A stretch of DNA of 63,586 nucleotides, the filler included, from Asterionella formosa (Eukaryota): the NCBI GenBank assembly GCA_002256025.1. It is 5 parts of 5 records of this genome, joined end to end, with 100 filler letters (N's around TTAATTAATTAA, not from the genome) between each part and the next. Parts side by side here need not be neighbours in the genome. Positions count along the whole stretch, not along the records: positions 1 to 28,882 come from NKIB01001120.1; 4 more parts are not named here. One strand, given 5' to 3'. The notes beneath the pieces are model-generated. The model was not told the origin of the DNA. It worked only from the letters and a program-made list of their open reading frames with translations, and ran no database searches. The position numbers and the translations under genes were made by a program. Below are positions 1-13,358 of the stretch, piece after piece (the stretch's first letter is position 1; every line of letters starts with the position of its first letter).

Positions 1-2176
1 ACATACTAGTGCCTACGAGGACAAAAAGAATTATGGCACGTTACTTTGTCTATGACAAGAAAATTATTGGGTGTTTGGTTCCACCTCGAGAAAAATGTAC
101 AGGGGGGTCCAGCAACCATAGGGGGGGTCCAGGACAATGAAGTATACGGTATACAATGCGGAAATGATGACCAACAGACTACCAATCCTATAGGTCCTGT
201 AGAATTATCGCAACATGGCTGCATATCTAATGAAAGGGCGGGAGGAGTCATCCATGCACCTGTATAGTATGAAATATGTAAATGATCAAATATTGCTAGT
301 CTACACAAGGAGCAGTGCATCATATATGCCCTGCTGTTGTTATTTTAATTCCTATGAAATCTCGCTCTTGATCTGTTCTGCGCTTTTTCGCCACAATTGT
401 TTTCATTGGCTGTTTCACTGGACAGCATTCGAATTGATTGTGCTTTGAACGAAGCAATGATCAAAGTCCACCCCATTGCAGAATGGTGAGTCTCACAACT
501 AAGTATCATCCAGTCGATTAAAATTGGACTGTCTTTTGTGCACCCTCGCTCGTTGTGTTTATACTGGACTTGGCAGCTGTCAGCCAAGAGCAGCCGTCAG
601 CCAAGAGCAGCCATGGCATGCCACCATTTATTGTCTATACAAGTTTCGAATGCGTTCAGCTATGATAACTTTTGCTCCCTCCTCCTAAACACTATCTCAC
701 AACGCACCCTTGTCATAGATTTTTCTTTATCCTTTGGCTTCACAGGCCCAGGTTACTCAATGCCTTCATCTGCAAGGAGTTCGGCCAAGCAGGTCCACGT
801 TGGCGTCAAGAAAACCTCAACCCCGATTTTCCTCACATGCTCCACCATCGAATTCTTCATTGATGAAGTCAAGGGAGCTATATTGACGACATCAGGTGGC
901 GCAGGCTTGTGTATAGATTGATGATGCCGAAAGCAACAATGCTTCCTTTTCCTGTAGGTGTCTATTTGTCAACATTGTTTGGGTCAATCTATTCTTGTTC
1001 CCGCAAGACCAGAAGCAATAATCCCTTTACTTCTCCTCCCAAGAACCTTCATTTCTCTTTCACAATTGTCCTGATGTTTGGAGAGCATTTTTAGTTCCCT
1101 TTTAATTTTTCCACTGGTTTCAATTCCTTTTGCACCATTCAAGTCAAGAAACAAGCAACTCATTGAGATTAATGGAGGTCTCGGTCAGTGGCACCATAAA
1201 GCAACAATCAAAAATATCACGGCGGCTGTTCTCCATTTTCTGTAGCAAGTGACATTCAAAAAGGGTCTGGAATCATTGGGGAGAAAAATTAGTAGGCTTC
1301 TCTGTGTTTGCCCCCGCCCGTTTGGCAGCTTCCTCTCAATCAATACTAGCTAGTATAGCTAATGAAAACCGTAATTATATGAAATGTGACTTCCTGTTTC
1401 TAATATTTTACATTGTTGCACTACTGAAACTTGAATCCATAAATGGGCATTCAACCTGTGCTTCTTGCATTTTTGCAGTATAGACTGGCTGGTGGGCGAT
1501 AGGCCAAGCAAAGTGTCTCGCTTTTCATGAACATCTACAAGGTACTAGTGCTTTTTTCGAGGTCTTTGTCTAATACCAACTGCTGCCATCCATTGAAATA
1601 TTCCAGATACATCAAAGGTAAGGAACTAGTACGATGACAAAAAAATCTAATGAGACATGAAAATTACGAAACCAGAATAACTCTGTTACTATAAATAGAC
1701 GGCACAGTCTCATGCTTCTTTGTGCATATCGCCTGCTATGCTGCGTTTCAATTCTAGATGTATTAAGTTCTTGTTAGAGAGACGATGTTACGGAGAATTA
1801 CATTGTGCCGTTTTATAATGGATCTTGTTTAGCTATGATTGAAAAAATACAGTTTCATTGATACCAAATTGATAATTTTTTTGACCGCCTCCAAAAATGT
1901 TATCAGTGATACTTTCGTATTTAGACAAGTATCATTTCTGTGGTCACTGACAAAATAACCGAAAATACGCCTGCAGGGTACTATTTTTAATGACATGTGC
2001 ATAGATTAAAAATTCTAGTGTGTGCATCAATAAAGCAAAAAATATCGGGCTTGATTCTTGACAGCCTGCCACTGCCTTCTTTCATCGCCCATCATTTATC
2101 TTCAATGACGAGGTACTGTTGTAATAGATCAACCAGAACAGCAGGCGGGTATATGGAAGAAAAATAAGCAAGGCAA

Positions 2177-2440
2177 ATGGAACCAATCACAGAAACGTCA
2201 ATTATTGATGCTGTGACCACCAGCCATCTCAAGAAAGCCACCTATCCCAACAAAACGATTCCGCTTGTTACAGATGCTGAAGTCAATCGATTTGTTGACT
2301 CCCTCATAACTCTTGATGACTTTGAGCTTGATACTGATAGGAAACAGCTGATTTCAATCAAGGGCATTGCGATGAAGCAGATCTCCGTATTTGAGTCAGA
2401 AACAAAGGTTCTGGATGCAAAAATGGGAAGCTTTAGTTGA
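2177..2440 (+). pseudogene. Possible remnant of the second (accessory) gene of the Harbinger element
   Basis: An 87-aa ORF converges on the Harbinger transposase remnant. Harbinger elements typically carry a second gene, but no Myb motif is recognisable here. Confidence 0.25.
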
Positions 2441-3795
2441 CCTTGACATATCTTTATCAAATATCTTTTTTTCGATGACATAGTTGTGTAGTCGGGCACA
2501 TACTTCTAGAGTTTTTGATGTTGTTTCCAAGCCAGCCAGTTGTTATGTTCCTTTTCAGTTCACCCCATTTTGTCTGAAACAAACCAAACGCCATTTCGAT
2601 CCTGATCCTTTGCTGTGAAAGAAAGAAATTGTAGGCATCCTGTGAACAGTCATCACGCTGGGAACCAACAAATGTAACTAACATGACATCTAACAATGTG
2701 TATGCAGCATCACCAACAAGATAGAAACCTGTATCAAACGATGAAATTCGGTTGGGTAGGGAAGTTAGGTCAAATGCAACTTGGTTGCTGCATTTTCCAG
2801 GAGCAATCAGACCAAAGAAAATAAATCTACTCTCTACATCACAGACTGCCTGAATATTGATCCCATAAGTCATGTAATGAAAAGCCCCAGGATTGTTTGC
2901 ACAGTTACATAGCATGGGGCGGCTTATTGTTGCTAGAAATCTATCAATTGCACCAACACACCCTCTGATCTTCCCTTCTGTACTCTTTTCTTCAAAGGCT
3001 TTAGCCAATTTGATCAAATCACTCCTTGTTTATGGTAAAAAATCTTGAGATCTTCACAGTTGAGCACAGCGTCAAGGAATAGATCTCAGCATCTATATAT
3101 TGAACCAAGCAATGCTTCATCCATAGGCATGTCGAACATCGATGTAGCTGCCTCCAGCCAACCATTGAATGCCAATGGCCAACGCAATTTCTGGATAGAT
3201 TGTCTCAGCTGAGTCACACTTGAAATAATTTACTGTAACCTAAACCAATTTGTCAAAAGCTTTAAGGGGCATTCTATATGTCTTCTCAAAAGCTTCCTCA
3301 TGATTCAGCTTCTCGACATGAGAGTACCATGAGATTCTGTCATTTTCCCATTTGGCCTTCCTTTTTGTAGCTTCTTTTCCGTTTCCAGAGCTCCATGGCA
3401 AAGGAGAAAGAAGTTGTTTATGCATTAATCATCATTTTCACCATTGAAGATGGAATCATCATCATCACTCAGATAATGATGGTCCTCTTAATTGTTGAGC
3501 AGTGAGAACATGATTGATTGACCAAACTACCAGAACATAAACCAGTAGTCTATATGTTATATCAAGTACATTTGCATAGATTTCCTACATGTTTTTAGTG
3601 CTAGGTACATATCAAAATAGTCTGGAGGGAAAAACACATGTTTGTAGCCAGCCTGTAACCTCGTGATACTTTTGGGTGATAAAAATTGCGTTTTTTCATG
3701 TGGAGAATGAATATTTTCAGTTTAAATTGAGTAGCTGTTGGATGATACTTTTTCGAATATTATGATACCCTATCCAAAATGATAAGAGCGCCCCT
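2440..3795 (-). mobile_element. Degenerate PIF/Harbinger DNA transposon (DDE_Tnp_4 transposase pseudogene)
   Basis: Motifs GCVGAID, GINIQAVCD, YLVGDAAY and YNFFLSQQRIRIEMAFGL lie in ORF 2457-3017. Upstream disrupted pieces read FEKTYRMPLKAFDKLV (3240-3425) and IGIQWLAGGSYIDV (~3130-3190). A candidate terminus ...AGAGCGCCCCT is followed by TAA at ~3795. Confidence 0.85.
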
Positions 3796-4469
3796 TAATT
3801 ATCAATTCAAAGTCACAAGCTACACAAGTTGATAACCAGAAACCAGTAAGGTTTTTTTGTGTGATAGAGCAGTACAAAACATCTTGTGGTTGGGCACATT
3901 GGATATTTCACTGAGATATGGCAATGAGTAGAATATGAATGCTGCAAGGCAATGCAATGTTAGCACTAGAATAGTATAGACCAATTTTGGAGGAAATAAT
4001 GATCATGAACAACGCTATCACCAAAACCATCTCACCACAAACCAGCATTTGTCACCTTGCAGTCCTACAGGAATTACAATCCCAGCACCATTATGATGCT
4101 CTGCAGACTTAATCCACTTTTCATTAACAGAGTCAACACAGAATGTGTCCTTCCACATAGTTTATAGGACCAATCATCGATTAATCAGAAGGACAAGGTT
4201 TAGAATCGCCTATGTAACAACACGTTGCTAAGGATGCATAATTGTGGTTGACGTGACGCAAAACAACGAATATCGAAGGATATTCATTGCAGAAAAATGA
4301 ACTCCTGTGCATTGAAACACGCAAAAGGACAACGCTTTTCAACTCATTCTAGACAAGTTGACTTTGATATTTTCCAACCTAATTTCTGTCGAACTGCAAA
4401 CGGAAAGGCACCAACCAATTCAGTTCCAAACAATCTCCACGATTATCGTTTTCTGAATAGCGATGTGGT

Positions 4470-5118
4470 TCAAACCCTGCCCGTAATCATTTCTTCTTCC
4501 ATCAGACGCTTGAATTCTTCCTCGTCCCACATACTGGCTCGGCAATTGGGACAATCGTCTCGTTTTGCCACCCAATCCATAATACATTGATAATGATAGG
4601 AATGTTCACATGCCGCCGTTACAATACAAGCGCTTGCATCTAGTGGTCAGAGTATGGATTTGACCAGTGACATGTGAGCGACTATACGAAGCAACAAGTA
4701 CCTAAACGAGATGAACGTTCACGCATGTATACGCACCAAAACCTTCCAAGCAAATAGAACACGAGGGGGATGCCACAACGTTTGATTCTGTCGAGTTCTG
4801 TCGGATATACTTCTTTGACCCGACATCATAAGCCAACAACATCCGCGTTCCTTCGTTCCTTCCATCAGAAACAGGAAACATTGTCTTCAGAACTTCCTTC
4901 CGATTCGCTTCCAATGCCTCTACAGAGGGTGCGGACGACGACGGTCCGTCGTCAGACGCCACAACATTGACGGAAGTGGCACCTGTTACCGGAACAACTT
5001 GATGGAACTCATCTGCCCAGCCCTTAACAAAGAATCGATATCCACAGACTAAGAATCCAAGTGTGAGGGGGACAAGAACGACCGAGAAATAAACTTTCTC
5101 GTTGTCCTGATTGGTCAT
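4470..5118 (-). CDS. Transmembrane RING-H2 E3 ubiquitin ligase (ATL-like), 2 exons
   Basis: Exon 1 (5118-4737) has an N-terminal hydrophobic helix and ends CSICLEGF. A GT-AG intron spans 4736-4640. Exon 2 (4639-4470) gives CEHSYHYQCIMDWVAKRDDCPNCR, completing a C3H2C3 RING-H2. Confidence 0.88.
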
Positions 5119-5322
5119 GACTGGTGTTATCGCTGACACGAAATGTAAATATACCGGTATATGTGTATGTAACACATGTGAAGCATTTTCATACAATGGA
5201 ATTTCGTCCATGTGACGGCATTTAAGGCGATTTACACGTGTGCATCCTCACAACATATACCGTAGCCCTCTTAATATCTCCACGTACGCACTTTTCGTGT
5301 TTTATGTGGACCACGCTTGTTA

Positions 5323-6510
5323 GGCCCCGTCTTACGGTGCCTGAATTACGAAGATTCAGTCGCCCGGATACCTGTTGGGCGTTTAATCTTCGTATATTCG
5401 TCCCTTACGGGCTAAATAACTCGCAAATCCCCCCCCGATTACGAAGATTGATCTTCGTTTGCCGGAATATTTCGAGGGTCATCCCCGATATTGACCCAAT
5501 CTTCGTATTTTCTTGAACAATCTTCGTTTCCCGAAGATTAATCTTCGGGCAAACGAAAGATTGTCTCCACCAATCAGAATGGCGGAAACAATATATAATC
5601 ATGATCACATGTACTTATGATATAAAATTCGATACTTCGATACTTCTATTGTACTATTATTGTCATTATTATTACCGTACAAATTATTCATATAATAATT
5701 CTTACTTTTAATATTTTTGTTTTATGATAATAATTTGTAACATGACGACTCCGCCAACGCTATCATCAACCTTCCTGGCACATTATCAACAGTGTGTGCA
5801 GCCATGGAAGCAACAATGGTTGTCATGGCAACTACCAGCAGCCTTGCCTGCTGCGTTGCGAAATGAGCTGGTTTCTCAGTTCCATTTGGAAGCTCAATCT
5901 GAAAGAGGGTGGCTGTATCACACATATCATCCTCAAGGTCTTCATCCAGAATTCGAAAATACGCTTCAGCCATATCTCGAAATTTCTTCTCCTCCCTAGA
6001 TGCAAACCTGTGTTGAAGTTCACAACCAGCAGCAAATATAATGGCAATCTGCACACTTCGAAGCATGTGCACTTGAATGGGGCCACCTATCCAATATCAA
6101 ATACGGTCGCAAAAGGAATGCTCCTGCTCCTCAGTTGAGTATTCTGTTGGTCCTTCAGTCGCCATTGTGATAATAGAGAGATGCTGGTGGTGGGAGCAGA
6201 GGAGAAAGGACGAGATAGGACGATGTGAAGGCCAATCACCTTAAAACAACAACAGCAACAATGATGATGGAGCATTGAGTGTTGACAATTTTCATTATAA
6301 TTAATTACTATAATATTCCTGCAGACGAGACTACTAATTTTCATGTAGGAAATAAATTTCAATTCTCGAGATTGGTCATTTGACGTATGGATTGACATAC
6401 TATTTAATCTTTGGGACCATAAGGTGGCCATAAAATTTCCCAAATACGAAGATCGAAGATTTTGCCGCGATAGCTTCACAATATTCGATCTTCGTATTTC
6501 GTGCGCGAAA
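5323..6510. mobile_element. Probable non-autonomous DNA transposon remnant with ACGAAGAT subterminal motif clusters
   Basis: ACGAAGAT/ATCTTCGT recurs in both orientations at 5345-5565 and 6440-6500. The left edge reads TTA|GGCCCCGT, which is Harbinger-like. No matching right TIR was found. Confidence 0.4.
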
Positions 6511-7119
6511 AAGCTGCCTGATATACTTGTACATGCTATAGAAGCATGAAACCAGGTACAAATTTTGACAGTGTGAAAACCATACAAAAGGAAGGTCGGT
6601 GATTTTATACTGCAGGAAACTGTGAGCCATTTTTTGGCATCCAGCAGTATAGCAGTAACACCCTGTACTTATTGGAATGTTAGGCAGTATGACATTGGGG
6701 TGTCTCCCAAGTTATCATGTAAGTTACTTTCTTGCCATCCAACAGTACACTGGTATACTGATACTGGTATATATTCCGTATGTACAGTATAATCAGCTCA
6801 AGAACAATGTGCACAATGCGTGCTATGTGTGGACAACAATCATGCATGAACAAAAGTTACAAACATGAAGACAAACAGTAGACAAAGGTACTGTGGTACC
6901 CTTAACTGGTGACCTGGTACCCACTGGTACTTGCACCATTCAACAATGCATGCATGCGACTGTGTAACTGAGATGTCTGTTCTAGGTTCACTTGACGATT
7001 ATACATTGTTATCAGGATATGGCTATCATGGCTGCTTAGGGTTTACCATACTAAGCATCTCTTCATCAGGAAATATACATGTTACCCTTGCTAAGCTATT
7101 GATACTATCCTATTTTATA

Positions 7120-8375
7120 ATACCCCCTAGTAACCTGCCCATGGTCTTGGTTGATGTAGTAAGAATAAAAAATGGATGCTTTTTACTCTATATGAGTTCC
7201 CACAGTGAGTTGAGCTGTCCAACATCTTGGAAAGGTCTCATCTTCATAAAGCTATGGAAGAATCAGTAGTGCCAAAATACCATTTCCACAGTATTAGTGG
7301 GCTCATATAATTTCAATTTCGTGTGTATATGCTAAGTACATGGTGACCATTCCATGGCCTTGGTCATTTTTCTGCGAATGAGATTTGGATACTATCATAT
7401 TCTATACTAATTCCCAGTTAATTGAGCAGTACAACATCAAGGAAAGATCTCAAAGTCGTAAAGTTATTAAATAACCAGCCAGTAGTGGGGCGGAACATAT
7501 CATTTCAATTTTGTATGTATTTGCTACAAAAGCACATGGTAACCATTCCATGGCCTTGGTCATTGTTATGAGAATGAGACTTGGATACCATCTTATTCTA
7601 AAATACTTCCCAGTCGATTGAGCTGTCCAACATCATGGAAAGGTATCAAAGTCGCAAAGTTTTTGAATAACCAGTAGTGGGGCGGAACATATCATTTCAC
7701 TTTGTGCGCCTTTGCTACAAAAGCACATGGTGACTATTCCATGGCTTTGGTCATTGCTTGTTTTGAGAATGAGATGTGGATACCATCTTATTCTAAACCA
7801 CGTCCCAGTCCATTGAGCTGTCCAACATCATGGAAAGGTCTCATAGTCGCAAAATTATTGAATAGCCAGTAGTGCTAACATGTCATTTCAATTATGTGTA
7901 TAAATGCTACAAAAGCACATGGTGATCATTCCACATCCTTGATCATTGTTCTGAGAATTAGATATGGATACCATCTTATTCTATACTACTTCATAGTCAT
8001 TTGAGCTGTTCAACATCATGAAAAGGTCTCATACTAGCTAGTCGCAAAGTTTTTGAATAACCATTAGTTGGAACCTATCATTAATTTTTGTGTATTTGGT
8101 AAAAAGCAGGTGGTGTCCATTCCATGGCCTTGATTATTGTTTTAAGAATGATTTATTGATACTATCTTATTATTTACTAGTATTCCTCAGTCCATTGTGC
8201 TGTCCATTGTCATGAAAAGGTCTCATAGTCGCAATGTTTTTGAATAACCAGTAGTTGGAACCTATCATTAATTTTTTTGTATTTGCTAAAAAGCAGGTGG
8301 TGACCATTCCATGATGACCTTGGTCATTGTTCTGAGAATGTGATATGGAAATTGTTTCATAACCAATATTAAAAG
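7120..8375. repeat. Degenerate tandem array, ~6.5 copies of a ~190-bp unit
   Basis: The anchor GAGCTGTCCAACATC or close variants occur at ~7212, 7424, 7620, 7815, 8003 and 8197. The motif GGTGACCATTCCATGGCCTTGGTCATT recurs with the same period. Confidence 0.92.
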
Positions 8376-8429
8376 TACATTTCAACTAACTAAAAATTGC
8401 ACTGTCTGGATAGACACCCTAAAGCTTTC

Positions 8430-10150
8430 ACGTCTGTTTCTTCCAAACCCGAGGTTGTCGACCTTGGTTCTGTTTCCATAATGAAGCGAGGCGAAGCCGA
8501 GTTCTGTCGAAAATTCCTGCCACACGGGTGTGAAGCCAAGCATTAAATGCTAAATCGACTGATTCGACTCATTGCCGTTTTTGATAAATGTTCTGTTGTC
8601 AAATGTGGCCTTCTATTTGGTTATCGACCTCGTTTGCCATCCTCGCCAATTGTTCTTCCTCTGTTTTTCCATATATTGCCTCTTTTCGATTAATCCATCT
8701 TTCGATACCAACCTGCCATAGTCCACTAATCACTTGCACACTCCAATTGCTCATAGCTGTTGTCTCTCCCATGTCTTTTGTTTTTTTAAATGCCATGATG
8801 GCCAGATTCCAGTTTTTACTAATCCGTCCGCCGCAGAACACTTGATCCCATCCAATATATATTTGATTCACAAACAAAAGCCTCAAAAGTTAGCCGGCCC
8901 CCACTACATCTGTTGCAGGTGGTATTGGTCCTTCCCACCTTGCTGGTCCACTGTTAAGCCACTGGTTCATTCCTGCCTTCAAAATTTTTCGGTATACTGG
9001 TGACATGTGCCTGTACCCCGGAGTACTGTCGCCTCAAAGTGCTTTAGCAGCATATTTCTTTGAGATAGTACTAGGGCACTGTTCAATCCGAGATATCAAA
9101 GCAGAATTGTCTAAGTACACTGGCAGCGGAATTCTTTTCTCCAAACTAGCGGGAGGTTCCAAGTTTAGTATGTGTGTTATGGCAGACATACCGGCCAAAA
9201 ATCCACCATCTCTGCCCGGAGGGAAGACATCTCTTAACCTGCACTAGTTACCCATCCATGCCCATATGCCTGGGCTCGGGACCTCCGGTCACGTAGCTTC
9301 CAGCCGTGAGTAGAGCTCTCCGGAGTGCTGACTAGCAGGGATCCATCAGAAGCGAGAACCACTAAACCCGGAAACCAAGCTTTCTCTGAAGCTAATCATT
9401 TCCAATGGAAGAACATAATCTCCCGTAGCCAATGTTAAGCATTTCTTGTGTTTACTTGATATGAAATGCTTTTTTGGGATACACCCATGCATCATGACTT
9501 TTTCATGTCCAAAGTATTGACCGGCGGACCCCCAGTCGCTGGCATCCCTGTTCTCTCATATTATTCCTCCGACCTCTTGTGTATTGATACTGGACTTAAG
9601 AACCAACAAGGCCATGCAAAGCAAGGTTATGCTGTATGTAAGAAAATATATGCTTTCAGATTGGCATCGACAATGTACTAAATAGATTCCTTCCTTTTTT
9701 GTTTGTTTTATTAAACGCCGCCTGTTAATCATATCCATATGATAACTACATTCCTGATGTTTCTGAACCTGGGGAATCCACAGGCCAAGCTTAATTCTTA
9801 GGTGGTAAGTTGCCTGATTGAAACAGAGACACCTAATGATCATGCTCTTCCACAGCCTCCAAGCCAGCATAGATGTACATGCCTGCTTAGGCCATCTTAG
9901 TAAAGTACTGGTGCCAGCCTCCAGTCATAATGCATCACCGTGCATTTTAATTAGTTGAAAGTATGGCTCGCGCTGGCAGAATCAGGCCTACCGGTATCCC
10001 ATTGGTTTAAATTTTACAGGTGTTCACAAGTTTGCCTCATGTTTTTGTACAGGTACTGTAATCAAAAGTCATCTAGAATAAATGACCAGTCCCTGCTGGT
10101 TGTGACAATGATAGCTTGCTTGTTCTTGAATCAAATAAATATTTCGATGC
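8430..10150 (-). mobile_element. Decayed 3' part of a diatom non-LTR retrotransposon (Ambal-like) with RNase H domain
   Basis: Minus-strand remnants: WPKQ...AWRLWK...LRIKLGLW (~9780-9890). RNase H motifs are VVLASDGS (~9339-9360), SSL-RAE (frameshifted, ~9210-9230) and VYLDNSALI (~9095-9120). The C-terminal part reads QIYIGWDQVFCGGRISKNW...ISGLWQVGIERWINR (8599-8886). Many stops and frameshifts. Confidence 0.75.
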
Positions 10151-10299
10151 TAAAATTTAAACTCGAATTCCTCTGACTGGCGGTTTGTGCATTTTCAGAC
10201 ACACTTTTGAGCAAAACATTTATTCTTTATTGCATGAATGATATATTGATAGTTCTTTTTAGGATACTATGTGCCAATAAAATGACTCTTTCAACATCA

Positions 10300-13040
10300 T
10301 GCATTGGTTGAATAGTACTGATGGAGTTATAGGAGAAGCAGTAGTTGGAACCAGGCATCATGAACAAGTGGTGTGGATTTTTGATGAAATGGTCGTCTGC
10401 AAGTAAAAAGTATCATGCATACTATAGGATCAATGGTATTGTACTGTCTGCATATAAAAACCATCATAATCCTATGATGCAACATAGCTATGATTACTAT
10501 GATCATTGGATCATAATTTTTTGGATAATAAAAATCAATCCTTACAATTGAAACAGGCGCATCCCATCTTCAAGACTTTTTATTCTTGCTATTTCTTTTG
10601 CTGAATTTGCAATGATGCTCTTTACGTAGTTAGCGACATTTTTTTAAATTAGGATGAACCAATTGAGACAAGGGTGAACACAAACTCCGTGATACATGCC
10701 CAATCTGATTAGGTACACCTGCTATACTCCATTGACCATTTGAGAATGAAACATAGAATTGAACTTTAATAGGAAGGGATGGTAAATGGTTCTTGGTAGG
10801 CGATATTCCCATTTTAGAAGGCGAGGTAGTAGGCAAGATCCTTGTATCCGGAATCATTCTTTCGAAATCAATCTCTGTTGAAATATCCTCAATTACGTTG
10901 ATATTCACTGTATTCATCCTCTTCTGTTTGTTTTCTGTATGTAATGAATCACTTGCAAAAACAATTTTTCGTGCCAAGGAAAACTGCCTTGTTTCATATG
11001 ACCTTATTAAAATATCATGCTTTAATCGATGTAATTGTCCATTGACACGCTTTGTGGTCATTTCGATTTATCTTTCAGAAAAGACTCCAAATATTCACCA
11101 AAGAAATTAAGAGGTGATCCGAACTTCCTAATCAGATGAGGGTAATGTTTCATTCCATGAAATTTGCCATTCATAAGCCAATTTGAGAGTTCATTTCACG
11201 TTGAGGACCAATCAGAATCTTTGTAACTGACATAAGCCTTTAAACCCTCTCCTCGAAAAAATCAATACATGTTGATATATACTGCGGTATGAATAAACTG
11301 TCATTGATAGAAATACATAACCAAATAGCAATGTGAAATCCTTTTCTAGGTACATGTTTTCTGAACCCATCATTCCACCCATTGAAAAAATAGTTAACAG
11401 GCATAGTCCAGGGATTTCTTGCCCTGACATTTTTGACAAAGCTGTCATCCCAGATCTGTATAAAATTTTTGGAATATCACGACTATTGATACACCTAGCA
11501 TTTTGTTCGAAGTATAGTTTTGAAAATAAATTTCTGGTGCTGGTACAAATGCATGTTTGGTCTTGATTTTTGCCAGTGTATATTTTTTGGTCTTTGCCCG
11601 TTTCTTCGGTTGCTCTTGATCAGCAACAGCAGTGTCTGCTGTTTCAGTGCTACGTTTCCGATGATAGATGTTTTCTGGAATATCTGGAGATTTTCTTTGT
11701 TTAAAAAGCCATGTCCATTCTTTAGGGATAGTCCGATAATTGAACAATGATTCCAAAATGTACTTAAATATTCCAAGTAGTAATTGATGAAGAACCTCAA
11801 ATGAAGTTCCACCAAATAATCCTTCTAAGTCTCCACCAAAAAATGATTGATTACTAGCGAAGGCTTAATAGGATTATGCGATATAACACGGCACCATTCG
11901 TTTGGTGTTGCGTATTTTCCATTAGATTTTTAGGAAACACAAAACTCAGGTGAGATACATGGAAATTTTCTTTGACCAGGAATTTTTTTTAAGTTTTTTT
12001 GAACATCCAACACTTAACGTGATTCAAATCCAATATCAGCATTATCAGCATATTAAGTTGAAACCAAGCAATCACCACAAACATATCGTCGATATGCTCG
12101 TCTGATCGTATTTTACGCCCAACAAAGCCAATGCCCCACTCTATCTGAGCATCAAAATAATGAAGATAACCAAAGGATTCAAGAGCCTACATGACTTTAA
12201 TACACAGCTGATGGTATTGGATAGTATCAATATCATTCTGGACGCTTTCACCATTGTAATCCCAATTACTATATTCCTCCTTATGGACCTGGTCGTCCTG
12301 TCGGCGATCCTGGTGCTGTTGGTGATGGCGATCTTGTTTAAAAATCCTGTAGACGATCCCAACCAGATGGTATTTTGAGGAACAAGCAAGGTGAATATTT
12401 ACAAGCCACTCTTGGCCATGTCCATACTAAAGTAGAACTTTTTGTCGCTTCTGGTCGCATCGATTTCTTATGGCCCCCACTATGCAGCTCAAATTGCATG
12501 GTTCTGCAGCACTAACAAACACTCTTAATCAAATTATCAGTTGATTGAAGTCAAGGTGGCTGGAGATCAGAATTTCTTTCTTTGAATTATATTCACATAA
12601 TGAGAAGAGAATTCAAATTGGCTGGCTTTCAACCATATTTACATCCACCCCCCACAGACCTATCATATGATACTGATAAACATGATAATCCCATTGATGA
12701 TGATGTTTCACAAAAGGCTAGCAACAGTTTTGGCCCTTCTCCATTGCTGCCACATCAAGATCTTTTGAAACTAAACTCATCTAATTTTGGATCATTTTGT
12801 GTGTCGTGCTCAATTCTCCTGAAATTTTACCAAGAATAGAGGAACTGCTTTTGAAGTATGAAACATCCTTGACAAAAATTGACCTTATGGTCAGGATGGG
12901 TTTTGTGTGATTCAGGATCTTCTTCATTTTCACCCTGGTTTGAAGAACAATGCTGCAATAGGACACAATATTCGAATGAAAATGATTGCTTAATTTGTTT
13001 TGTCTTCAGGCAACCACGTGAGGGGGGGGGGAGTTGATGC
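10300..13040 (-). mobile_element. Degenerate Plavaka-like (CMC/EnSpm-related) transposase pseudogene
   Basis: Disrupted motifs FEVLHQLLLGIFKYILESLF (~11745-11805), SRDIPKILYRSGMTALSKMSGQEIPGL (~11400-11485) and NGKFH..., followed by a broken FGSP-NFFGE-like stretch (~11090-11170), appear in the order expected for Plavaka transposases. Boundaries are approximate. Confidence 0.6.
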
Positions 13041-13358
13041 AATATTTTAAATCATGAAAATCTTTTGTCATTGTTTGCCTACTACGAGTCCCCAAAGTTC
13101 CAAGCTTACCATGACATTAAACAGTCATTTTCGAATATCAGAGCGCAAAGAATGGGATTGAAGCAATTTTTTGACTTACTATAACTAACAATCTAACAAT
13201 GAGGAATGACAGAGAAAGTTTAATAAGAGTGTACCTGCAAACCAAGCTAGTGGACATAGTCAGTAGCTACTACAGGTAAGCATAAAAGTCAGTATACCCA
13301 CGAGTGGGAAGGAGTACATAGCTTATAACACAACCGCTAATGTATCAATTATTACTGG

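Noticed and set aside
1..1250. Overlapping short ORFs and a 17-nt tandem duplication at ~580-613
   Set aside because: Looks like decayed coding DNA, but no motif was recognised, so no product can be supported.
7120..8375. CRISPR-like array
   Set aside because: Whole units are homologous along their length, with no unique spacers and no cas genes, in a eukaryotic context.
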